A stretch of 64,000 nt of DNA, taken from contig JBBRCH010000018.1 in NCBI GenBank assembly GCA_038204995.1, positions 383-64,382 on the forward strand. The letters are read 5' to 3'. Below the pieces are notes generated by a model. That model was not told where the DNA came from, did no database searches, and saw nothing but the letters and a program-made list of their open reading frames with translations. Source of the stretch: Bacteroidales bacterium. Its GTDB lineage: Bacteria > Bacteroidota > Bacteroidia > Bacteroidales > UBA4417. Shown in pieces: positions 57,336 to 64,000 of this stretch (within the stretch, counting starts at the first letter, position 1; the number at the start of each line of letters is the position of its first letter). A program made the translations under genes and the position numbers.

Positions 57336-57585
57336 CTGTACAGGTTACTGGAAGCTTATTTTAAAAACAAGATCAATTTTAAAACCGGATTTCTTTTATT
57401 CAGAACAGATAGTCAAGTCCTTGAACCTCTTAAAGTTATTGCAATGTAATCCCCATGTTTTCATTCGATGGTAACAAGCTGGTATGCTGGTCGGACCAAC
57501 ACAGACCAGCAGTATACAACAGTAATTCCGAAATAACAGATTGGATGGGAATTTTCCGGGTTTGAAATAAAAAGTCGTGTTATAC

Positions 57586-57707
57586 CAATGCGAATTTTAT
57601 AATAGGCCAAAGCCGTTTTAAAATTCTACAGTGGTAAATACCGATCAGAAATTTGTTTAGTTCTCCCGATATTTATCAGGATGGACTATTATGAATTTCA
57701 TATCGGT
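57586..57707 (+). repeat. Dispersed palindromic element, copy B (full length)
   Basis: It aligns end to end with 25571-25690. It ends 2 nt before the stop codon (57709-57711) of the minus-strand HEAT-repeat pseudogene. Confidence 0.85.
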
Positions 57708-57708
57708 A

Positions 57709-58228
57709 TTATTTGCTTATTTTCTTTAAAACTTCAAGGAAAATTTTCCGGCTACTGTTTTTTTCTTCCCTGTCAGCGATAGCTTTAATTGCAGGTATAA
57801 GTTCTGAATTTGCCGGTAACCGAAGTTTAACAACCTGGCTTAGCGCATATGGTGCACTCCATCGCACAACAGTGCCCGAATGCTCCGTGTTTGCCAGTAG
57901 GTTCAGTATTGCTTTGTCAAGTTTACCAGGAAATAAGTGAGCTGTGTTGCCTATTACCCTGGCTGATTCCCATTTAATTCGTGGCGTTCTATCATTGAGG
58001 CTTTGAGTAACAAAGTCGAAAGCTTTGGAGTTAACAATCTCAGGCTTATTTTTTGAAACATATTCAAGCGATTCGATGCAGCATGCCTTTTCTTATTCCT
58101 TAGCACTATCCGCGAAACTGATGAGTTGATCAATTGACAAATGACCGTCAGATTTCAATTTTGCTTAGTATTTCGGTTTTTTCTTTTGGTTTACTAATTT
58201 TATTATTCAGTATTTCAGCGATTTTCAT
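57709..58228 (-). pseudogene. HEAT-repeat protein pseudogene (one frameshift plus one in-frame TAA)
   Basis: ATG at 58228 gives MKIAEILNNKISKPKEKTEILSKIEI and then a stop. A shifted frame continues as SDGHLSIDQLISFADSAKE-TAA-EKACCIESLEYVSKNKPEIV...RIKWESARVIGNTAHLF...VVRWSAPYALSQVV...KKISK. That sequence is a typical HEAT-repeat pattern. Confidence 0.55.
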
Positions 58229-58536
58229 ATTGCTAAGTAGGGTCACTAAGAAAACTCATCATTTTACGTAAAAATGCTCATTTTCTTTAACTTCAGGTTT
58301 GGCAGGCAAAACTCAATCTTCTGTGAGCGAGGACTTTCCCCTACGGGGACCAAGGGGTGCGCGTGAGCAAGACTCATTTTAAACTCGTTTTCTTAAACCC
58401 ACTAAGTAGTTGTAATGTTATGCTTACAAATTTAGTTGATTAATATTCGCAGTGGTTTATAACGCGCCCTAATTCTATTTGATGTATGGATGTAATATAA
58501 AAACAAACCATTTTCCTGATATCATTTCTTTATTCT

Positions 58537-58544
58537 TAAATTTG
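58537..58544 (+). promoter_or_regulatory. Candidate -7 promoter box (TAAATTTG) for the AI-2E transporter/radical SAM operon
   Basis: It matches TAnnTTTG and lies 24 nt upstream of ATG 58568. There is no clear -33 TTG. Confidence 0.3.
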
Positions 58545-58567
58545 TAATCTTACAAAGCCACTTTGCA

Positions 58568-59665
58568 ATGAAACAAGTTCTGAAATACATAGGTTATTTT
58601 TTGCTTTTATTTATAATTGGTTTCCTGATCTGGCGGTTCTCATTTATGATCGTTTGGGTTCTTATTGCTGCAGTTATTTCATTTATCGGAAATCCGCTGG
58701 TTCATTTTTTCGATCGTTTACATATTAAAAAACTGAGCATTCCTCATGCTATGAGTGCAGCCCTCTCCTTGCTGATCATTGTTCTGATGTTTTTTGGACT
58801 GATAGCTATTTTTGTACCGCTTATCATTAAACAGGCTCAAACAGTTGCTCAGATAGATGTCAACAAACTGGCTCAAAACCTGCAAGGACCTCTACTTTGG
58901 ATTGATGATGCACTTCATAACCTGGGGATAATACCTGCAAGTGAAACCTTACAGGAATATATAGTGATAAACCTGAAATCATTGGTAAACCTGGAAAGTG
59001 TCAGTAAAGCGATGGGCGGTGTATTCAGTGCTGCCGGAGCCATTCTGGTAGGGCTGGTTTCGGTTCTTTTTATATCTTTCTTTTTTTTGAAAGATGAGAA
59101 TTTGTTTGAGAACGGCATACTTATGCTGCTTCCGTCAAAACATCACCAGGCAACAAAAAATGTTATTTCTTCTTCCAAACACCTTTTAATGAGGTATTTT
59201 ATTGGTGTTATGCTTGAATTGATAGGCGTTATGTCGATGATTACCATTGGATTATTGATATTTGGTGTTGAAAATGCTCTTCTGATCGGATTTTTTGGCG
59301 GTATCATGAATATTATTCCTTATCTGGGGCCAATTCTGGGTTCTTCAATTGGAATTATTTTAGGTGTAACTGCAACACTGGCATATGGTTCCTTTAATGA
59401 TTTGCTGCCGGTGCTGGCAAAGCTTTTAGGAGTTTTCATTGCAGCTCAGGCAATTGACAATAATATCCTGGTACCTTTAATTTATTCAAAAAGCGTGAAA
59501 GCTCATCCATTGGAAATATTTTTCGTGATTATAATGGGTGGCAGCCTGGCCGGAATTTTTGGCATGTTGCTGGCCATTCCGGTTTATACCGTACTCAGGG
59601 TAATTGCGAAAGAGTTCTTTCAGCAATTCAGGGTAGTAAAGAAACTCACAGAAATGATTGATTAA
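58568..59665 (+). CDS. AI-2E family (PerM/UPF0118) transporter
   Basis: 365 aa, about 8 TM helices, with the conserved NIIPYLGPILG segment. Confidence 0.87.
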   Translation: MKQVLKYIGYFLLLFIIGFLIWRFSFMIVWVLIAAVISFIGNPLVHFFDRLHIKKLSIPHAMSAALSLLIIVLMFFGLIAIFVPLIIKQAQTVAQIDVNKLAQNLQGPLLWIDDALHNLGIIPASETLQEYIVINLKSLVNLESVSKAMGGVFSAAGAILVGLVSVLFISFFFLKDENLFENGILMLLPSKHHQATKNVISSSKHLLMRYFIGVMLELIGVMSMITIGLLIFGVENALLIGFFGGIMNIIPYLGPILGSSIGIILGVTATLAYGSFNDLLPVLAKLLGVFIAAQAIDNNILVPLIYSKSVKAHPLEIFFVIIMGGSLAGIFGMLLAIPVYTVLRVIAKEFFQQFRVVKKLTEMID

Positions 59666-59667
59666 GA

Positions 59668-60678
59668 TTGAGAAAAAAACAAATATTTATTTATTACCTG
59701 GAGCTGCTAAAGACAATTACTGTTCATCGGTTATCAAATCTGGTTCATGTTGAAGCAGGTTATTACATAAGCAGGCTGTCCCGTAAAGTTGTCGTTTCCG
59801 GAAAACCATGGGCTGCTTCTATTGAGCCAACTACTGCCTGCAACCTGCGCTGTCCCGAATGCCCGACAGGAATGCAATCGCTCTCGCGGCCAAAAGGGAT
59901 TATAAAAATGGAAGTATTCAGGGAAATTCTCGATAAACTTTCACCCAACTTGTTCTATCTTACGCTTTATTTCCAAGGTGAGCCTTTGTTGAATCCTCAT
60001 TTTACTGCTATGGTTCAATTGGCCCGAAGCCGGCATATTTTTGTTTCCACCTCAACAAACGGTCATTTTCTTAACACTGAAAAAGTAAACGAGATCATCG
60101 AAAGTGGTTTGAATCACCTTATCATTTCCCTGGATGGCCTTGACCAGCAAACCTACGAAACATACCGTGTTAACGGAAATCTTCATACGGTGACTGATGG
60201 AATTCAAAGACTGATTGAGGCCAGAAAAACCGCGAAATCGAATTCGCCTTTTATTGAACTGCAGTTCCTGGTAATGCGTCATAATGAACATCAGATGCAG
60301 CTAATGCGTGAGTATGCAAGGCAATCCGGGGCCGACAGGCTGTCATTCAAAACGGCACAGGTGTATCATTTCAACGACGAAAGCACTATCATTCCGACAC
60401 TGAAAGCAAAATCACGATACAGCCAAAATGCGGATGGTTCATGGACCACAGCGAACAAAGTACGGAACCGTTGCCACCGTATCTGGAGTTCACTGGTTGT
60501 TACCTGGGACGGCAAAGTGGTTCCCTGTTGTTATGATAAAAATGCTGATTATCAAACTGGTAACCTAATGGAAGATTCTCTTTCCTCGATCTGGAAAAAC
60601 CATTTTTACTCTTCATTCAGAAGAAAAGTTCTGACCGATCGATCTGAATTTGATATTTGCCGGAACTGCGGGGAATAG
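59668..60678 (+). CDS. Radical SAM protein with C-terminal SPASM-like Cys cluster
   Basis: It has the CxxxCxxC motif (EPTTACNLRCPECPTG) and a C-terminal CHRIW...VPCCYD...CRNCG cluster. The TTG start lies 2 nt after the upstream stop, and there is no in-frame ATG before the Fe-S motif. Confidence 0.85.
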   Translation: MRKKQIFIYYLELLKTITVHRLSNLVHVEAGYYISRLSRKVVVSGKPWAASIEPTTACNLRCPECPTGMQSLSRPKGIIKMEVFREILDKLSPNLFYLTLYFQGEPLLNPHFTAMVQLARSRHIFVSTSTNGHFLNTEKVNEIIESGLNHLIISLDGLDQQTYETYRVNGNLHTVTDGIQRLIEARKTAKSNSPFIELQFLVMRHNEHQMQLMREYARQSGADRLSFKTAQVYHFNDESTIIPTLKAKSRYSQNADGSWTTANKVRNRCHRIWSSLVVTWDGKVVPCCYDKNADYQTGNLMEDSLSSIWKNHFYSSFRRKVLTDRSEFDICRNCGE

Positions 60679-60741
60679 AAAAGTTTTGGACGCTCTTTTT
60701 TGCATGAGTTGGTATTTTGGAAGGTGAGTAGATAATTTAGC

Positions 60742-60985
60742 ACAATCGCAAATCGTACATCGTACTTTGTAAATCGTAACTTGAAAAGGCTTTTAGACTG
60801 TTAGGCTGTTAGGATGTTAACGTTTCATTATCTTCGCTTATTCGTAAATCATAAATAGTAACTTAATAAGGCTGATAGGCTCTTAGACTGTTAGGTTATA
60901 AATGTTCCGATATCTGGTCACTTTTTCAAAGATCGTAAATCGCACAAAGCAAATCGTACATCTTACATCACAAATCCAACATTAT
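60742..60985. repeat. Composite short-period arrays (7-mer CGTAAAT-type and 8-mer CTGTTAGG-type) arranged as a ~95-nt tandem duplication
   Basis: It reads cgcaaat cgtacat cgtactt tgtaaat cgtaact, then ctgttagg ctgttagg atgttaac. The pattern then repeats as cgtaaatca taaatag taactt ... ttagactgttagg, and finally cgtaaat cgcacaa agcaaat cgtacat cttacat cacaaat. The last array reaches the gldA stop codon (60982-60984). Confidence 0.8.
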
Positions 60986-61899
60986 TCCACGAACTTCCCC
61001 GTCAACTCACGGAACACTTGCTCCAGGTTATGCTCTTCGCGATGGAGCGAAAGCAGGGTCAGGTTATTGTCGACAGCAAACTTATTGATGTTTGGCCTGA
61101 TATCTTCTCCGGGCTTAGATTGAAGTCTCCATAAACGGTCGTTGATTTTTACAGCCTTTGCTACTCCCGGGATTGATAGCAACATTTTCTCTGTGGTAAG
61201 CGTTGCAAACTCAACAGTAACAATATCGTGCGACTGAATGACGGATAATTCCGAAGTTGGGCCATCAGCCACAATTTTTCCCATGCTGATAATTATTGCC
61301 CTACTGCAAACTGCTTCCACTTCCTGCATGATATGTGTGGACAGAATTACGGTTTTTTGTTTGCCAATGCCTTTGATCAGTTCGCGGATTTCGACCAATT
61401 GGTTCGGGTCGAGGCCTGAGGTTGGTTCGTCAAGTATCAGCACTTCCGGATTATGGATCAATGCTTGCGCCAGGCCGACGCGCTGCCGGTATCCTTTCGA
61501 TAAAGTGCCGATTTTTTTATTCTGTTCAGGTCCCAAACCTGTAATTTCAATCATTTCGCGGATCCGGCTTCGTGAAGCCTTACCCAGTTTGTGAATGCCG
61601 GCTATAAACTCCAGGTATTCTTTAATATACATCTCAAGGTACAGCGGGTTATGCTCAGGTAAATAGCCTACAATCTTTTTTACTTCTTCGGTATCCAAAA
61701 GCACATCGTGGCCATAAATGGATGCTGTGCCCGAAGTAGGAGGGATGTAGCCTGTAAGTATTTTCATCAGGGTCGATTTACCGGCGCCATTTGGTCCTAG
61801 TAATCCGACAACTTCTCCTTTACCGATATTGATATTCACCTTATCAAGCACTACCTGTGTGCCGTAAACTTTAGTAATATCGCGGGTTATGATTGACAT
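60982..61899 (-). CDS. gldA: Gliding-motility-associated ABC transporter ATP-binding subunit
   Basis: 305 aa. It has Walker A GPNGAGKST, the signature LSKGYRQRVGLAQAL and Walker B LILDEPTSGLD. The long stretch DPNQLVEIRELIK...STHIMQEVEAVC matches my memory of Flavobacterium GldA closely. Confidence 0.8.
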   Translation of the reverse strand: MSIITRDITKVYGTQVVLDKVNINIGKGEVVGLLGPNGAGKSTLMKILTGYIPPTSGTASIYGHDVLLDTEEVKKIVGYLPEHNPLYLEMYIKEYLEFIAGIHKLGKASRSRIREMIEITGLGPEQNKKIGTLSKGYRQRVGLAQALIHNPEVLILDEPTSGLDPNQLVEIRELIKGIGKQKTVILSTHIMQEVEAVCSRAIIISMGKIVADGPTSELSVIQSHDIVTVEFATLTTEKMLLSIPGVAKAVKINDRLWRLQSKPGEDIRPNINKFAVDNNLTLLSLHREEHNLEQVFRELTGKFVE

Positions 61900-62064
61900 G
61901 GGTATCCATATTTTAGAATGCGAAATTATGAACTTTTTTTAACTAAGTCCTTTGTTTGTTGTAAAATGAATATGGCTGATAAAGTATCACTAACAGAATA
62001 AACTATTAGTCAAATATTCAAGCGAATCAAAGGTTGGATTCATATGTTGTCTATTGAGGCGTTA

Positions 62065-62097
62065 AACTCTTCCAGAGTTTAAAACTCTGGAAGAGTT
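62065..62097 (-). terminator. Perfect 15-bp hairpin just downstream of the 62102-63382 gene
   Basis: aactcttccagagtt-taa-aactctggaagagtt begins 5 nt after the stop codon on the minus strand. No T-run follows. Confidence 0.45.
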
Positions 62098-62101
62098 CGC
62101 C

Positions 62102-63382
62102 TTATTTGCAAATAACCAATTTGTATCTTGAAGAAGCTCCATTTTCTCCTATTAAATTAACGATATAAATCCCGGGAGTATAATCCCTGCAATCCAATTT
62201 GAAGTCGTGTCGGCCTACCGTTTGGTAAGAATTCAATAATAGAATTCCATTCTTGCCTTCAATGGAAGAAATTTCAAGGCTTACTTTGCCGGAATTTTTT
62301 AAACTATAGTTTATGATTGCTTCCAAAGAAGCCGGATTGGGCGAAACTGAAATATCATTTATTCTTATATTTTCTAATTCAGAAGTACTTACCTGATTGT
62401 CGAGTAGATGCTCATAAAGTGTGAAATTTTGACCACAGTCAGCACTATAAAAAATCTGGAGAATCTGCTTTTGTTCAAACTGGTTATATTTCCAGTTAGC
62501 GACATAAAAAGAGCAAGCATCTCTGCCAGCTGTAAAATCAGTATTTGCCGATGATTCATCGAATTTTACAGTGTCCTGTAAAGAGTAATTTTCGCCATAA
62601 TCAGTTGAATGATAAATCCTATAAACATGGGGAATCCCGCTTTGCTCAGGTTCGAGGGTAATAAGATAAATTTCGCCCGGTAATGTGCCATGGCAAACCT
62701 TTTGTGCCAGGTTTCCGTTAGGATTATAAACGATGGCAGAATCAATAGGGATTGTATCAATTGTTACCCCAAAATCAGGCGAATGAAGCAAAAAGTCCCT
62801 GTTGCTGGCATATGCATTATTTATGCCATATATCTCTCCTGAAGTAATTCCGATTTCCGGTTTAGTGAAATAGGATGTATAATAGGCATTAATCATATGT
62901 GTGGTAAAAAAATCCGTAGTGGATCCAATTCCGTAGTATTGTACGGTTGGCCTTTCGGTCATAATTATTTCGCCGGCAACCGATCCTCCCAGTAATGCCA
63001 GTGGCGGAAGCTGATCCGTAAAAACCGTGCTCATCAGCTTCCATTTTTTCCCAAAATCAGTACTCTGATAAATTACAGTATCCGTATTATTTAAAGACGT
63101 ACAATAAAGCAATCCGGGTGTTGGATCAGCAACGGAATTCTTCAGGTTCAGATCGTTCTCGGTTGAGGGATAAGGTATGGTGTATTGAACACTGATTTTT
63201 TGTCCATGCTCCCATAAATGATAAAACTGCATAATCGAATTCGACGTAGCATTTTTCCGGCAATAGATGTATAAGTCGTCGTTGGAATGCCCTCGTTGAA
63301 TGGCATAGCTTTGCGCGACTGTCTGGATACTAAGTAAGATGAATAGAATGCCTGCTGTAAGGGATAAAAGGAACTTTGTCAT
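62102..63382 (-). CDS. Hypothetical secreted protein with T9SS C-terminal sorting domain
   Basis: 426 aa with a signal peptide. The C-terminal sequence is ISVSPNPASLEAIINYSL...GIYIVNL...YKLVI. The body has a sortilin/BNR-like YSxDxGxxF motif (FYSADCGQNF). Confidence 0.75.
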   Translation of the reverse strand: MTKFLLSLTAGILFILLSIQTVAQSYAIQRGHSNDDLYIYCRKNATSNSIMQFYHLWEHGQKISVQYTIPYPSTENDLNLKNSVADPTPGLLYCTSLNNTDTVIYQSTDFGKKWKLMSTVFTDQLPPLALLGGSVAGEIIMTERPTVQYYGIGSTTDFFTTHMINAYYTSYFTKPEIGITSGEIYGINNAYASNRDFLLHSPDFGVTIDTIPIDSAIVYNPNGNLAQKVCHGTLPGEIYLITLEPEQSGIPHVYRIYHSTDYGENYSLQDTVKFDESSANTDFTAGRDACSFYVANWKYNQFEQKQILQIFYSADCGQNFTLYEHLLDNQVSTSELENIRINDISVSPNPASLEAIINYSLKNSGKVSLEISSIEGKNGILLLNSYQTVGRHDFKLDCRDYTPGIYIVNLIGENGASSRYKLVICK

Positions 63383-63571
63383 GATGTTGTATTTAATGGG
63401 GATGCTGTATGAGATTCAAGCAATATTAACCGCGAAGTTTCGCAAAGGTAGCGCAAAGAACAGCGGAGGTATAAGCATTTGATAAATAGCATTGCGAATC
63501 GCAGTTAATCTCGCTTAATGCTGGACTGTGGCCCTTTGCGTTAAGACATTTTTTCTCCTGTTTAAGCCAAT

Positions 63572-64000
63572 TTATCGTGAAATAATAAGTTTGCCTGTTG
63601 TAATGGTTTCACCACCAGCCAATATTTGTACAGAATAGAATCCATTTGCAAGATCTTTGACATCCATGGTTTTAACAAATTCACCCGGATGCTGCCATTC
63701 AGGGATTGTTCGTAAAACGCACCTTCCCAGCGAATTGTAAACCTCAACTGAAATCATTGAAGACTTTACAAGATTACAACTTATTTCGGTATGATCCGAT
63801 GCCGGATTGGGAGAAAGCTGCATCATATTTTTAGCCCCGGCTATTTCTGTTTTCGTACCCACATCAGGGGTAAGCAAGTGTTCGTATGTAGTAAAAGTTT
63901 CGCCACAGTCGGAACTAAAGAGAATCTGAAGTTTGTAATAATTTGAACCTGAAACTTCCTGCAAATTAGCAATATAGAATTTGCATGTGCCTCTTCCCGC
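63572..64000 (-). CDS. Paralogue of the preceding T9SS protein, 5' part beyond the window
   Basis: The frame is open to nt 64000. GRGTCKFYIANLQ...LQILFSSDCGETFTTYEHLL aligns with GRDACSFYVANWK...LQIFYSADCGQNFTLYEHLL of the neighbouring gene. The T9SS tail reads LSPNPASDHTEISCNL...GFYSVQIL. Confidence 0.75.
   Translation of the reverse strand, partial: AGRGTCKFYIANLQEVSGSNYYKLQILFSSDCGETFTTYEHLLTPDVGTKTEIAGAKNMMQLSPNPASDHTEISCNLVKSSMISVEVYNSLGRCVLRTIPEWQHPGEFVKTMDVKDLANGFYSVQILAGGETITTGKLIISR

Noticed and set aside
57713-57940. 75-aa plus-strand ORF
   Set aside because: It is antisense to the recognisable HEAT-repeat pseudogene frame, whose minus-strand translation makes much better sense.
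58320-58375. Minus-strand ggggaaagtcctcgctcacag, which resembles the RNase P RNA CR-I motif (GAGGAAAGUCCGGGCUC)
   Set aside because: Only this short stretch matches. The spacer is 329 bp and flanked by a pseudogene. I could not find the other conserved RNase P regions (the ACAGAA...GGCUUA and AGGGUGAAA types). It is probably a coincidence or a fragment.

Overview
This 64-kb window looks like a Bacteroidota chromosome. Four proteins end in type-IX-secretion (T9SS) C-terminal sorting domains. There is also a GldA-like ABC ATPase, an LptF/LptG permease and TAnnTTTG-type promoter boxes, and Shine-Dalgarno sequences are mostly absent. I call about 40 protein-coding genes, one pseudogene and one transposase fragment at the left edge. 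I recognised no rRNA, tRNA or CRISPR array. The first ~22.7 kb is mostly housekeeping or metabolic: ispE, tgt, LptF/G, a GT2, an ECF sigma factor, patatin, an Sfp-type PPTase, an M19 dipeptidase, a methyltransferase, a sialate O-acetylesterase, an S9 peptidase, a CPA2 antiporter and an EamA transporter. Three things stand out. (i) At 23.2-29.5 kb, five uncharacterised minus-strand genes face a divergent LuxR-type regulator across 878 bp. They are a 696-aa protein with an internal domain duplication, a DUF1360-like membrane protein, a 74-aa protein, a polytopic membrane protein and a spider/Corynebacterium-type SMaseD/PLD-like phosphodiesterase. This is my best candidate for an undescribed system. 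(ii) A single 17,853-nt ORF (5,950 aa) encodes a highly modular T9SS surface protein containing an ALK/LTK-like glycine-rich domain. It is followed by a GLUG-repeat T9SS protein and a 77-aa protein with a PEP-CTERM-like tail. (iii) There are two kinds of unusual noncoding repeat: a ~120-nt structured palindromic element in three copies, each next to a stop codon, and arrays with 7-nt periodicity in at least five intergenic spacers. All functional calls come from reading motifs in the translations by eye. No database search was run.
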